Source: Amycolatopsis sp. (lineage in GTDB: Bacteria; Actinomycetota; Actinomycetes; Mycobacteriales; Pseudonocardiaceae). From it: DNA of 64,000 bases. Position numbers and translations under genes: made by a program. Within the stretch, counting starts at the first letter, position 1; every line of letters begins with the position of its first letter. A model generated the notes under the pieces. The model had not been told where the DNA came from, ran no database searches, and saw only the letters and a program-made list of their open reading frames with translations. Positions 48,664 to 61,600 of this stretch are shown in pieces. The DNA is taken from positions 8 to 64,007 of the forward strand of contig DASXYS010000219.1 in the NCBI GenBank assembly GCA_036502365.1, read 5' to 3'.

Positions 48664-49225
48664 ACACGGCTGACCCGGAACCGGTCTTCGTCTTGGCCCG
48701 GTGCGCCGCCACGCGCTCGCGGGTCGCGCACCGCGTCGAGCAATAACGCCGTGGGCTGCCGCCGCCCAGGTGCGCGAACGGGCGCCCGCACGAGGGCGAC
48801 GCGCACAGCCCGCCGGGCGGCCCCTGCCGTTCGGCCAGCAGCCCGGCCAGCGCGAGCGACGAGGACGTCACGAACCACGCGCCCCACGGCCCGTCGTCGG
48901 CCGCGTCGACGTGCAGGTGCCAGCCGAAGTCCGCGTCGTGCGCGCTCAGCCGCGGCGGGCTCGCGTACTTCGCGAACAGCCGGTTGAGCACCTTCGCGGC
49001 GGCCGCGGTGTCCGGCGCGGCGAAGGCCTCGCGCAGTTCGAGCGCGGCGGCGTGCAGCTCGGCGAGATCGGCCGCGGCCAACGGTTCGTCCGGTTCTCCG
49101 TGCGCCACCAGCACTTCGAGCACCTGGGCCGGATCGGGCGGCTCGGGCAGCAGCACGTCGAGCAGGTCCACTGCGCGGCGCACCGCCGAGCGGCCACCCG
49201 GGAAATCCGGCTGCGGAACGGTCAT
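48662..49225 (-). CDS. CGNR zinc-finger (ABATE) protein
   Basis: WHLH, CASPSC..F...RRYCSTRCATRERV. Confidence 0.85.
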   Translation of the reverse strand: MTVPQPDFPGGRSAVRRAVDLLDVLLPEPPDPAQVLEVLVAHGEPDEPLAAADLAELHAAALELREAFAAPDTAAAAKVLNRLFAKYASPPRLSAHDADFGWHLHVDAADDGPWGAWFVTSSSLALAGLLAERQGPPGGLCASPSCGRPFAHLGGGSPRRYCSTRCATRERVAAHRAKTKTGSGSAV

Positions 49226-49247
49226 ACCCCACTGTAACGTCTTGACT

Positions 49248-50433
49248 GTGCTGAGCCGTTACCTGATCGGCGCGACGGCCGCCCGAAGCGGCGACGAGTC
49301 CTCCGGCCCCGCGCTGCTTCTGCTGGGGCTGAGCTCGTCGACAGCGGTCACGGGCTCGACCCTGCTGGCCGGGCTGACCGTCGCGGCCGCGGTCGGCGGA
49401 CCGTTGCTGGGCGCGGTACTGGACCGGGCCCGCTCCCCCGGCCGGGTACTGGCGGCGGCGCTCGCCGGGTACGCCGTGGGGCTCGCGCTGATCACGGTGC
49501 TCTTCGGCCGGGTGCCTTTCGCGCTGGTGCTGGTGACGGCGGCGCTAGCCGGCCTGCTCAACCCGGCGGTCGCGGGCGGCTGGACCGCGCAGCTGCCCGC
49601 TGGTCCCGCCGGAGCGGCTGCCGCGGGCGAGCACGCTCGACGCAATGACGTTCACCGCCGCGAGCCTGGCCGGCCCCGGGCTCGCCGGGCTGCTGGCGAA
49701 CCTCGCGGGCGCGCCGGTCGCGCTCACCGTCGCGAGCGTGCTGGTCGCGGCGGCCGTTCCGGTCGCCTGGCGCCTGCCGCGCCGGGCGGAGCGCCCGCGA
49801 AGCCCGCGAAACCCCACCGCCGCCGCGTTGGTCCTGCTCCGCAACCGCCCGCTGCGCCGCGTGACCGTGACCACCACGCTCTCGTACGCCGGCATCGGCA
49901 TGGCCATGGTCTGCTACCCGGTCCTGGGCATCCACCGGCTCGGCGGCGCGGGGTACGGCACGCTGCTGCTGACCGTCATGGCCGTCGCTTCCCTGCTCGC
50001 CAACGCAGTGCTGGCCCGCCGCCCGCTGCCCGGCCTGCCGGACACGACGGTGCTGCTCAGCACGGTCGTGCTCGGCTCGGGTTTCCTCGCGACCGCGGCG
50101 GCGCCGGACGCGATCCTGCCGGCCGCGGCCGCCGTGCTGATCGGTTTCGGCGAAGGGCCACAGCTCGCGGCGGTGTTCGCGGTCCGGCACCGGGAGGCGC
50201 CCGCGGACGTGCGGGCGCAGGTGTTCACCACCGCCGCGAGCGTGAAGATCGCCGGGATGGCCGCGGGCACGGCCGTCGCGGGACCGCTCGCCGGGCAGTC
50301 TCCGGCAGCGTGCCTGTGCGCCGCCGCGGGGCTGCAACTCGCCGCCGCGATCGGTTACCTGGTGTGTTCACCGGGGACCGGAACGCGGGACGGGACGAGC
50401 GCTAGAAGGCCATCGCCTGCGCGCGGCGCTTGA
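49248..50433 (+). pseudogene. MFS transporter split by a frameshift at ~49599
   Basis: N-half (GPLLGAVLDR...GGWTAQLP) continues in another frame as LVPPERLPRASTLDAMTF... Confidence 0.75.
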
Positions 50434-50770
50434 CCTCGGTGCCGTGGCTCGTGCGGAGCGCGTTCACCGGGGTCGAGCCCGGCAGGGTTTCGTCCTCCGT
50501 GAACAACCAGCGCAGCATCTCGGTGCGGCTGAAGCCGGAGTCCGCGAGCACGGTGATCGTGCCCGCCAGCCCCTTGACCACGCCGTCCTTCACGAAAAAG
50601 GCGCCGGGCACGCACAGCTCGCCGCCGCGCTTCACCGCGATCAGCTGGCCTTCGCGCAGCATCTGGCGCACCTTGTTGACCGAGGTCCCGAGGGCCTTCG
50701 CCACCTCCGTCAGCGGAAGAACCGCTACCGCGGGGTCGAGGACGTCATCGGCGACAGGAATCCCACTCAC
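50402..50770 (-). CDS. Rv2175c-family DNA-binding protein
   Basis: EVAKALG HTH, GTITVLADSG, VKRRAQAMAF; divergent from pknL as in mycobacteria. Confidence 0.85.
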   Translation of the reverse strand: MSGIPVADDVLDPAVAVLPLTEVAKALGTSVNKVRQMLREGQLIAVKRGGELCVPGAFFVKDGVVKGLAGTITVLADSGFSRTEMLRWLFTEDETLPGSTPVNALRTSHGTEVKRRAQAMAF

Positions 50771-50871
50771 AGGTGACACTGTGCCACATTCGACCGGCCG
50801 TCCCATTGATACGCACGGGTGACCTGCCAGGTCACCTCCGGCCCACCCCGGAGGTTCCGTAGGATTCAGCC

Positions 50872-52926
50872 GTGACACGGACGCATCCGAGCCTGGTCGG
50901 CACGCTGCTCGAACACCGCTACCGCGTGGACAAGCTGTTGGCCCGCGGCGGGATGTCGTCGGTCTACCGGGGGCTGGACACCCGGCTGGACCGGCAGGTG
51001 GCGATCAAGATCATGGATCCCCGCTTCGCCGACGACCGCTCGTTCGTGGAGCGGTTCGTGCGCGAGGCGCGCTCCGCCGCGCAGCTGCACCACCCGAACG
51101 TCGTCGCGGTGCACGACCAGGGTTTCGACACCCCGGCGGGCGAGGATTCCGGCCTGGCGTTCCTGGTGATGGAGCTGGTCGACGGCGGCACGCTGCGCGA
51201 CCTGATGGCCGAGCAGGGGCCGCTGGACGTCGCGCTCGCGCTGAGCATCGCCGAGCCGGTGCTCTCCGCGCTGGCCGCCGCGCACGCCGCCGGGCTGGTG
51301 CACCGCGACGTCAAGCCGGAGAACGTGCTGATCGGCCGCAGCAGCACCGTGCTCACCGGCGGGGTGGTGAAGGTCGGGGACTTCGGCCTGGTCCGCGCCG
51401 TCGCGAGCGCCGGGACCACCAGCTCCAGCGTCATCCTCGGCACCGTCGCCTACCTCTCCCCCGAGCAGGTCACCACCGGCGCCGCCGCGGCGCGCGGCGA
51501 CGTCTACTCGGCCGGGATCCTGCTGTACGAGATGCTCACCGGCCAGGCGCCCTACACCGGCGACACCGCCCTCTCGGTGGCGTACCGGCATGTGAACGAC
51601 GACGTGCCGCGGCCGAGCGACCTGCGCCCCGGCCTGCCGCCCGCGCTGGACGAACTGATCCTGCGCGCCACCCGGCGCGACCCCGAGCTGCGCCCGGCCG
51701 ACGCCGGCGTGTTCCTCGCCGAGCTGCAGGCGGTCCGCGCCGAGCTGGGCCTGGCGCTGGTGGGCGTGCCGATCCCGCCCCCGCCGGACGGCGACGGCGT
51801 GTCCGACGCCGAGCGCACCCTGCCGCGCATCCCCGCCATCACCGACCAGAACCAGACAACCCAGCAGCTCATGCCGGTCTCCGGCCCGCGCGGCACCCGC
51901 GCGCTGACCAGGGCCGTGCCGGTCCAGCCACCGGGACCGCCGGTGTCGCCGCCGACCGGCCAGCAGCAGGCCGTCCCCCCGGCACCGCCCCGGCGTCCGG
52001 CCCCCGCCGCGGAGAAGAAGCCGCGCGACCGCCGGAAGCTCATCGCGCTGATCGCGCTCGGCGTGCTGGTGCTCGGCGGGCTGATCGGCGCGTACGCGTT
52101 CATCCTCAGCGACTCCGGGCCGAACACCTCGACCGTGCCGAAGCTCGTCGGGCTCAGCCAGGCCTCGGCGGGTGACGCGCTGCGGGCGGCCAAGCTGACC
52201 CCGCAGTACAGCCAGGAGTTCAGCAACACCGTCGCGGCCAACACGGTGATCAAGGCCGACCCGGCCGCGGGCACCTCGCTGCAGCCGAACGCCACCGTCT
52301 CCGTGGTCGTGTCCAAGGGCAAGCCGGTGGTGCCGAACATCCAGGTCGGCAGCCCGCTCGCCGACGCCACCAAGGCGATCCAGGACCAGCAGCTCACCGT
52401 CACGCAGGGCACGCCGGCGTTCAGCGACACCGCTCCCGAGGGCACCGTGGTGAGCGTCTCCCCCGCCCCCGGCACGCCGGTGGACATCGGCGGCCAGGTC
52501 ACGCTGGTGCTGTCCAAGGGCCCCGAGCCGCTGCCGCCGGTGCCCGACGTCACCGGGCGGTCGAAGGACGAGGCGTTCGGGATCCTGCAGCAGGCCGGAT
52601 TCCAGCCGCAGGACGGCGGCGAGGAGTTCTCCCAGACCGTGCCGGCCGGCTCCGTCACCCGCACCGACCCGGCGGCGAACTCGCCGGGCAGCAAGGCGGT
52701 GAAGGTCTTCGTCTCCAACGCCGTCCAGGTGCCCGACGTCCGGTTCAAGCCGTTCGACCAAGCGGAGCAGATCCTCAAGGATGCCGGGCTGCAAGCCGAT
52801 AAGGGCGGTAACGGCGGTGGCCACGGCAACGGCGGCGGGTTCGACTTCGTCTTCCAGCAGGACCCTCAGCCGGGCTCGCTGGTGCCGAAGGGCACGAAGG
52901 TGAAGATCCGCGGTTTCGGCGGCTGA
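50872..52926 (+). CDS. pknL: PASTA-domain Ser/Thr protein kinase
   Basis: ARGGMS, VAIK, HRDVKPEN, DFG, YLSPE; TM helix; ~4 PASTA repeats; synteny with Rv2175c and aroG. Confidence 0.85.
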   Translation: MTRTHPSLVGTLLEHRYRVDKLLARGGMSSVYRGLDTRLDRQVAIKIMDPRFADDRSFVERFVREARSAAQLHHPNVVAVHDQGFDTPAGEDSGLAFLVMELVDGGTLRDLMAEQGPLDVALALSIAEPVLSALAAAHAAGLVHRDVKPENVLIGRSSTVLTGGVVKVGDFGLVRAVASAGTTSSSVILGTVAYLSPEQVTTGAAAARGDVYSAGILLYEMLTGQAPYTGDTALSVAYRHVNDDVPRPSDLRPGLPPALDELILRATRRDPELRPADAGVFLAELQAVRAELGLALVGVPIPPPPDGDGVSDAERTLPRIPAITDQNQTTQQLMPVSGPRGTRALTRAVPVQPPGPPVSPPTGQQQAVPPAPPRRPAPAAEKKPRDRRKLIALIALGVLVLGGLIGAYAFILSDSGPNTSTVPKLVGLSQASAGDALRAAKLTPQYSQEFSNTVAANTVIKADPAAGTSLQPNATVSVVVSKGKPVVPNIQVGSPLADATKAIQDQQLTVTQGTPAFSDTAPEGTVVSVSPAPGTPVDIGGQVTLVLSKGPEPLPPVPDVTGRSKDEAFGILQQAGFQPQDGGEEFSQTVPAGSVTRTDPAANSPGSKAVKVFVSNAVQVPDVRFKPFDQAEQILKDAGLQADKGGNGGGHGNGGGFDFVFQQDPQPGSLVPKGTKVKIRGFGG

Positions 52927-53137
52927 CCGGTGGTCACACTGGCGGAAAACCGGGAAGCTGTGGTAGCACAACAGCTGGCCGAGCGCCGGAAAACGCCCGG
53001 GCGGCGGGCGGGCATTCGGTAACGTCGAGGTCGCCGGTGAACGGCGCGGAGGGAGTGTCGGACATGTTCGGCAAGGCGCTCTCCCCGACCGTGGCCCGGT
53101 CGCCGGAGAACGGCGGCCCCGCGGCACGCGAGCAAGC

Positions 53138-54067
53138 ATGAGCTTCTTCACGGACGGTCCGCGCGAGCGCCCCCTGTTCCCGGTGCGGGAGCAGGAGCTG
53201 TTCAGTTACGAGGGCCGTCCCTGGACCGGCCCGCCGAGTGACCACATCGTCCCGGCGCTGCTGCCGTGGGCGGTGCCGCTCGGGCGCTCCGCGCGCACAA
53301 TCGTCGCGCTGCGGGGCATCGACGTGTGGCCGGAGGCGATGACACTGCGGCTCGGGGTGTACTCGCGCGACAGCCTGCACGAAGGCCGCACCGGCAGCCT
53401 GATCGACCATCGCCGCATCCCGGATTACAACGCGCTGCTGATCGGCGTGCTCTACCCGGACGGCAGCCGGGCCAGCTCGGAGACCATCTCGGTGCCCTCG
53501 GCCTCGGAGCCCGATCAGCCCGTGCTGCGCGCACAGGGCGGCGGCGGCACCCAGTTCCACCTCGACCACCAGGTCTTCATCTGGCCGCTGCCGCAGGACG
53601 GGCCGTTGACACTGGTCGTGCAGTGGCTCGACCGGGGCATCAAGGAAACGCACACCGGCCTCGACGGCGCCGCCATCCGCGCCGCCGCCCACGAGGCCGG
53701 TGAGCTGTGGCCCGGACTGCCGAAGCGGCCGGGCAACGGCGTCGCCGTCCGGCAGGCCACCGCCTCGGTCTCCTTCAGCGGTTCGGCGTACGGCGAGGCG
53801 CCCGCCGCCGGGCCATCCAACGCTGGGCCATCCACTGCCGGGCCATCCACTGCGGTGGCACCAGCCGAGGTGCCACCGACCGGCGTACCACCGGCCGCCG
53901 CTCCCCCCGCTGCCGTACCGCCGCCCACCCTGCCGCAGCCCACCGTGCCACCCTTGCCACAGCCCACCGTGCGACCAGCCACCGTGTCACCAAACGCTGT
54001 GCCGCCAAACGCTGTGTCACCCGCACCATTGCCACAACGCAAACCCCGGACTACCACAGCCGAGTGA
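53138..54067 (+). CDS. hypothetical protein with Pro-rich repetitive C-terminal tail
   Basis: Globular part with GC3-rich codons (IWPLPQDGPLTLVVQW); low-complexity tail. Confidence 0.7.
   Translation: MSFFTDGPRERPLFPVREQELFSYEGRPWTGPPSDHIVPALLPWAVPLGRSARTIVALRGIDVWPEAMTLRLGVYSRDSLHEGRTGSLIDHRRIPDYNALLIGVLYPDGSRASSETISVPSASEPDQPVLRAQGGGGTQFHLDHQVFIWPLPQDGPLTLVVQWLDRGIKETHTGLDGAAIRAAAHEAGELWPGLPKRPGNGVAVRQATASVSFSGSAYGEAPAAGPSNAGPSTAGPSTAVAPAEVPPTGVPPAAAPPAAVPPPTLPQPTVPPLPQPTVRPATVSPNAVPPNAVSPAPLPQRKPRTTTAE
53807..54021 (+). repeat. degenerate 15-bp tandem repeats
   Basis: GC(C/T)GGGCCATCCA(AC/CT) x3 (AGPSN/AGPST), LPQPTV x2, AACGCTGTG x2. Confidence 0.75.
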
Positions 54068-54179
54068 ACCCGCGGGGAGTTAGCGCCCGCGAAACATCGT
54101 GACCACCCCCTCGTCATGTCCGGCTGATGTGGTGGTCGTCCCCTGCCCGAATCCCGGCCGAACCAGGAAAGGCCGCCGA

Positions 54180-55502
54180 ATGACGCGGACCTCGCTCAGC
54201 CCGCTCGACGTCGCTTTCCTTTGCCTGGAAAGCGAAACCGCGCCGATGCACATGGGCGCCGTGCTGACGTTCACCCCCGCCGAACCGGTCTCACCGGAGC
54301 GCCTGACCGCGCTGCTGGCCGAGCGGGCGGCGGAAATCCCGAAACTTCGGCAGAAAACGCGCACCGAGCTGTTCCCGCCGGGCTCGGCGACCTGGTCGGA
54401 AGACCCGGATTTTGTTGCCGCACAACACATTCACCATTACCGGGTGAGCACGTTCCATGAGATGGAACCACTGGCGGAGTACGCGGCGCAGTGGATCGCG
54501 CAGCCACTCGACACCGGGCGGCCGCTGTGGGAGCTGACCGTGGTGTCCGGCCTGGCCGAGGGCCGGTTCGCCGTGTTGCTCAAGCTGCACCACGCGCTCA
54601 CCGACGGCGCGGGCGCGTACGCCGTGGCCGTCGGGCTGCTGGACGGGCTGCCGCTCACCGCGCGGGTCGCCGCCGCAGGCCGTGACCCGGTCGAGGTGCC
54701 GAGACCGCGCTCGGCGCTCGACACCGTCAAGGACACGTTCGCCCAGGCCGGTCAGACGGCCGAGATCGCGTCCTCGCTGGTGCGCGCCGCGCGGCCGCCG
54801 CTCTCGCCGGCACCGTTGCTGTCCGCGCCCGCCTCGGCCGAACGGCGGCTCGGCTTCGTCCGGCTGCCCGCCGCCGACATCCGCCGGATCCGCCGCGCCC
54901 ACGGCGGAACCGGCAACGACGTAGTGCTCGCGGTGCTGTCCGGCGCACTGCGGGAGTGGCTGGTCAACCGCGGGCAGCGTGCCGACGGCCGCACGCTGCG
55001 GGCACTGATCCCGGTCAGCGTGCGCGGCCGCGCACGCACGCAGCTGAGCGGCAACCAGCTGTCCGGCTACCTGTGCGACCTGCCGGTCGGCGTCGACGAC
55101 CCGGTGCGGCGCCTCACCGTGGTCCGCGAGGCGATGACGCGGAACAAGGCGGCCGGACCGTCCCGGGGCGCCGGCGCGTTCCCGCTGCTGGCCGGGCGCG
55201 TCCCGCCGGTCCTGCACCGCCTCGGCACGAAGACCGCCGGGCTGGCCGCGCCGCTGCTGTTCGACCTGGTGGTGACCGCCGTGCCGCTGCCGCCCGCCCG
55301 GCTGGCCCTGGACGGCGCGCCGCTGGCCGAGGTGTACCCGTTTGTACCCCTCGCCTCGCGCCACGCCGTCGGCATCGCCGTGGCCAGCTACCGCGACAGT
55401 GTCCACATCGGACTTCAGGCCAACGGCGCGGCCGTGCCGGACATCGGCTCCCTGCGTGACGCCGTCCTGAAGTCGGCCGCTGCACTGGCGCACACGGCCT
55501 AA
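54180..55502 (+). CDS. wax ester synthase/diacylglycerol acyltransferase
   Basis: LSPLD..FL, PMHMG, RPLWE, catalytic HHALTDG, NDVVLA, IPVSVR. Confidence 0.9.
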   Translation: MTRTSLSPLDVAFLCLESETAPMHMGAVLTFTPAEPVSPERLTALLAERAAEIPKLRQKTRTELFPPGSATWSEDPDFVAAQHIHHYRVSTFHEMEPLAEYAAQWIAQPLDTGRPLWELTVVSGLAEGRFAVLLKLHHALTDGAGAYAVAVGLLDGLPLTARVAAAGRDPVEVPRPRSALDTVKDTFAQAGQTAEIASSLVRAARPPLSPAPLLSAPASAERRLGFVRLPAADIRRIRRAHGGTGNDVVLAVLSGALREWLVNRGQRADGRTLRALIPVSVRGRARTQLSGNQLSGYLCDLPVGVDDPVRRLTVVREAMTRNKAAGPSRGAGAFPLLAGRVPPVLHRLGTKTAGLAAPLLFDLVVTAVPLPPARLALDGAPLAEVYPFVPLASRHAVGIAVASYRDSVHIGLQANGAAVPDIGSLRDAVLKSAAALAHTA

Positions 55503-55508
55503 AAGCTC

Positions 55509-55548
55509 GTGAGTGTTCATGACGGTTAGAACCGTCCTAGCCACTCAC
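55509..55548. repeat. palindromic intergenic repeat (REP/MITE-like)
   Basis: GTGAGTG-TTCAT-GACGGTT-AG-AACCGTC-CTAGC-CACTCAC; resembles a repeat recalled from Amycolatopsis genomes. Confidence 0.75.
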
Positions 55549-55579
55549 AAGCCCTGGGACTTCCGCCGGAACACCGACC

Positions 55580-57055
<1,476 letters not shown>

Positions 57056-57113
57056 TCACGAAAACAGGCCCCGGTGCGCCATTGCACCGGAGCCTGCGAT
57101 CAGGGGACGGCGC

Positions 57114-58622
57114 TCAGACGACCGCCAGCGGCAGCGCCGTCGGGTGGACCGGCGCGGGCAGGTCCGAGGCGCCGGTGAGGAACGCGTCCACGGCGTTCGC
57201 GACCGAGCGGCCCTCCGCGATGGCCCACACCACCAGCGAGGCGCCGCGGTGGGCGTCGCCGCAGACGAAGACGCCCGGGGAAGAGGTCTGCCAGTCGGCG
57301 CCGCAGGACAGCGTGCCGCGGCGGGTGAGCGAGAGGCCCAGGCCCTCCAGCAGCGGCATCTCCTCCACGCCTTCGAAGCCGATCGCCAGCAGCACCAGTT
57401 CGGCCGGCAGCACCTCGACCTCGTCACTGGTCGGCACGACCTCGCGACGGCCCGTCTCCGGGTCCTTCACGACGCGGACCTGTTGCAGCTCCACGGCCTT
57501 CACGTGGCCGGCACCGTCGTCGACGAAGCGCTTCACCGCGACGGCGAACTTGCGCTCGCCCGCCTCCTCGTGCGCCGGGTAGGTGCGCAGGATGTACGGC
57601 CAGGTCGGCCACGGCGAGCGCTCGTCGTCGCGAGTGGACGGCGGGATCGGGTACTGGTCCAGCTGCGTCACCGAAAGCGCGCCCTGCCGGGTCGCGGTGC
57701 CGTAGGAGTCGGCGCCGGTGTCGCCGCCGCCGATGATGACCACGTGCTTGCCGCTCGCGTCGACCGACGGCGGGCCGTCGCCCTCGACGAACTTGTTGGC
57801 CGGCACCAGGTGCTCCATCGCCAGGTGGATCCCGGCGAGGCCGCGGCCCTCGGTGGTCGTGTCGTCGCGGCCGCGCAGCGCGCCCACGGCGAGCACCACG
57901 GCGTCGTACCGGGCCCGCAGCTCCTCCACCGTGAGGTCGACGCCGACCTCGCAGCCGGTGACGAACCGGGTGCCCTCCTTGCGCAGCTGCGCCAGGCGCC
58001 GGTCGAGGACCTTTTTCTCCATCTTGAACTCGGGGATGCCGTACCGCAGCAGCCCGCCGAGCCGGTCGTCGCGCTCGAACACGGTGACCTCGTGGCCGGC
58101 GCGCGTCAGCTGCTGCGCGGCGGCCAGCCCGGCCGGGCCGGAGCCGACCACGGCCACCCGCTGTCCCGAGGAGACCTCGGCGGCGTGCGGCTGCACGTAC
58201 CCCGCCTCCCAGGACTGGTCGGCGATCGCCTGCTCGACGCGCTTGATCGCCACCGCCCCGCCGGAAGCCGGCGAGATCGACAGCACACAGCCCGCCTCGC
58301 ACGGGGCGGGGCACAGCTTCCCGGTGAACTCGGGGAAGTTGTTGGTGGCGTGCAGCCGGTCGCTCGCCGCGGCCCAGTCGCCGCGGCGGACCAGGTCGTT
58401 CCACTCCGGGATCAGGTTGCCCAGCGGACAGCCCGAGCCGCCGGAATGGCAGAACGGGATGCCGCAGTCCATGCAGCGCGAGGCCTGCGTGCGCACGGCG
58501 TCGTTGCGCTCGCCGGGCTCGACGTCCGCGTAGACCTCGCCCCAGGACGCGAGACGGTCCTCTTTGGACTTCTTCTTCGGCTCTTCGCGCCGGTACTTCA
58601 TAAAACCGTTCGGATCAGCCAC
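57114..58622 (-). CDS. gltD: glutamate synthase small subunit
   Basis: [34 protein letters not shown]. Confidence 0.95.
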   Translation of the reverse strand: MADPNGFMKYRREEPKKKSKEDRLASWGEVYADVEPGERNDAVRTQASRCMDCGIPFCHSGGSGCPLGNLIPEWNDLVRRGDWAAASDRLHATNNFPEFTGKLCPAPCEAGCVLSISPASGGAVAIKRVEQAIADQSWEAGYVQPHAAEVSSGQRVAVVGSGPAGLAAAQQLTRAGHEVTVFERDDRLGGLLRYGIPEFKMEKKVLDRRLAQLRKEGTRFVTGCEVGVDLTVEELRARYDAVVLAVGALRGRDDTTTEGRGLAGIHLAMEHLVPANKFVEGDGPPSVDASGKHVVIIGGGDTGADSYGTATRQGALSVTQLDQYPIPPSTRDDERSPWPTWPYILRTYPAHEEAGERKFAVAVKRFVDDGAGHVKAVELQQVRVVKDPETGRREVVPTSDEVEVLPAELVLLAIGFEGVEEMPLLEGLGLSLTRRGTLSCGADWQTSSPGVFVCGDAHRGASLVVWAIAEGRSVANAVDAFLTGASDLPAPVHPTALPLAVV

Positions 58623-61600
58623 GAGCGGACTCCATGATCGCTTCGTCGACATCGCGGCCCGCGGCACGAGCCGCCTTCGCCGCGTCGAGCACCCGCTGGT
58701 AGTCACGCGGCATCACCTTGGTGAACGCCGCGGAGCGCCGCGTCCAGTCGCCGAGCAGCGACGCGGCGACCGCCGAGCGGGTGAGGTCGTGGTGCTTGCG
58801 CACCGTCTGCTTGAGCCAGGCCAGGTCTTCCGCGTCCGGCGCGGTCAGGTCCACCATGTCCCGGTTGACCTTGGCGAGGTCGAGGTCGAGCACGTACGCG
58901 GTGCCGCCGGACATGCCGGCCGCCAGGTTGCGCCCGGTCGGCCCGAGCACCACGGCCCGGCCGCCGGTCATGTACTCGAAAGCGTGGTCGCCCACGCCCT
59001 CGGCGACCGCGGTGGCGCCGGAGTTGCGGACGCAGAACCGCTCACCCACCTGGCCGCGCAGGAACATCTCGCCGGACGTCGCGCCGTACGCGAGGGTGTT
59101 GCCCGCGATGGTCTGGCGCTCGGCGGCGAACGACGCGGCGGGGTCGGGGCGCACGACGATCCGGCCGCCGGAGAGGCCCTTGCCAACGTAGTCGTTCGCG
59201 TCGCCCACCATGTCGAGCGTGATGCCGCTGGGCAGGAACGCACCCAGCGACTGCCCGGCCGAACCGGTGAGCAGCACGTGGATCGTGTCCTCGGGCAGGC
59301 CCTCACCGCCGTAGCGGCGGGTGATCTCCGAGCCGAGCAACGTGCCGACGGTGCGGTTGACGTTGCGCACCGGCAGTTCGAGCCGCACCGGGTGCGCGTC
59401 CTCCAGCGCCGCCTCGGCGAGCTGGATGAGCGTGCGGTCCAGTGCGTGCTCCAGGCCGTGGTCCTGGCCGCGGACCCGCCGCTTCGCGCCGCCGTACGGG
59501 GTCTCGGTGGGCATGTCGAAGATCGGCTTCAGGTCGAGGCCGGAGGTCTTCCAGTGCGCCACGGCCTCGTCGGTGTCCAGCATCTCGGCGTGCCCGATGG
59601 CCTCGTCGAGGGTGCGGAAACCCAGCTGCGCCAGCGTTTCCCGGACCTCCTGGGCGACGAACTCGAAGAACTTGACCACGTGCTCGACCTGGCCGGTGTA
59701 GCGCTCACGCAGCTCCGGGTTCTGCGTCGCGACGCCGACCGGGCAGGTGTCGAGGTGGCAGACGCGCATCATGATGCAGCCCGCGACGACGAGGGGGGCC
59801 GTCGCGAAGCCGTACTCCTCGGCGCCGAGCAGCGCCGCGATCACCACGTCACGGCCGGTCTTCATGGCACCGTCCACCTGCACGGTGATGCGGTCGCGCA
59901 AACCGTTGAGCAGCAACGTCTGCTGGGTCTCGGCGAGCCCGATCTCCCACGGCGTGCCCGCGTGCTTGAGCGAGTTCATCGGCGACGCGCCGGTGCCGCC
60001 GTCGTGGCCCGAGATGAGCACCACGTCGGCGTGCGCCTTGGACACGCCGGCCGCGACCGTGCCGACTCCGAGCGAGGACACCAGCTTCACGTGGACGCGG
60101 GCGTGCTCGTTGGCGTTCTTCAGGTCGTGGATCAGCTGGGCCAGGTCCTCGATGGAGTAGATGTCGTGGTGTGGCGGCGGCGAAATCAGCCCGACGCCCG
60201 GCGTCGAGTGCCGCGTGCGCGCGATCCACGGGTACACCTTGTTCGGCGGCAGCTGGCCGCCTTCGCCGGGCTTGGCGCCCTGCGCCATCTTGATCTGGAT
60301 GTCGTCGGCGTTGACCAGGTACTCGCTGGTGACGCCGAACCGGCCGCTGGCGACCTGCTTGATCGCGCTGCGCCGCTCGGGGTCGTAGAGCCGCTCCGGG
60401 TCCTCGCCGCCCTCGCCGGTGTTGGACCGGCCGCCGATCCGGTTCATCGCGATGGCCAGCGTTTCGTGCGCCTCGGCGGAAATCGAGCCGTACGACATGG
60501 CGCCGGTGTTGAAGCGCTTGAAGATCGCCTCGGCGGGCTCGACCTCGTCCAGCGGCACCGGCTCGCGCGCACCCTCGCGGAACTTGAACAGCCCGCGCAG
60601 CGTGCCGCCCTCACGGTAAAGCCGGTGCACCTCGTCGGTGTACTTGCGGTACACGTCCTCGCGGCCGGTCTTTCCCGCGTGCTGCAACAGGAACACCGTC
60701 TCCGGCGTGAACAGGTGCAGCTCGCCCTCGCGGCGGTAGGCGTACTCGCCGCCGGTGTCGAGTCCACGATGGACCCGTTCGGTCGGGTTGTCCGGGTAGG
60801 CGCGGCGGTGGCGCACCGCGACCTCCTCGGCCAGTACCGCCAGCCCCACGCCGCCGAGCTTCGAGGACGTGCCGGTGAAGTACTCGTCGAGCAGGTCCTG
60901 GCTCAGCCCGAGCGATTCGAAGACCTGCGCCGCGGTGTACGCGCCGACGGTGGAAATGCCCATCTTCGACATGATCTTCAGGACGCCCTTCACGAGCGCC
61001 TGCACGTAGTTCCGGATCGCCTTCACGGCCTCGATCCCGGTGATCCCGCCGGAGGCGATCATGTCCTCGATCGTCTCGAACGCGAGGTACGGGTTCACCG
61101 CGGCGGCGCCGTAACCCAGCAGCAGCGCGATGTGGTGCACCTCGCGCGCGTCGCCGCTCTCCACCACCAGCGCCACGCGCAGCCGCTCCTTGGTGCGCAC
61201 CAGGTGATGGTGCACCGAGGAAACCAGCAGCAGCGACGGGATCGGCGCCATCCGGTGGTCGGAGTCGCGGTCGGACAGCACCAGCGTGCGCGCCCCGGCC
61301 GCGATCGCCTCCGACGCCTCGCGCCGCACCCGCTCGATCGCCGACGCCAGCGCCTCGGCGCCGCCGCTCACCTCGTACAGTCCGGAAAGGACACTGCACG
61401 CGAAGCCCGGCAGATCGCCGTCGTCGTTGACGTGGATGAGCTTGGCCAGCTCGTCGTTGTCGATCACCGGGTACGGCAGGTTCAGGTGCCGGCACGACGC
61501 GGGGCCGGGCGCGAGCAGGTTGCGCTCCGGGCCCATGATCCGCGCCATCGAGGTGACCAGCTCCTCGCGGATGGCGTCCAGCGGCGGGTTGGTCACCTGC

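Noticed and set aside
52927-53137. Faint similarity to the reverse complement of intergenic 18370-18430 (GGCGCGGA...CTCCCCG...GACCGTGG)
   Set aside because: Matches are short and GC-rich; cannot be told from chance without an alignment
53807-54021. Possible CRISPR array
   Set aside because: Repeats are tandem, in-frame and lack unique spacers; no cas genes in the window
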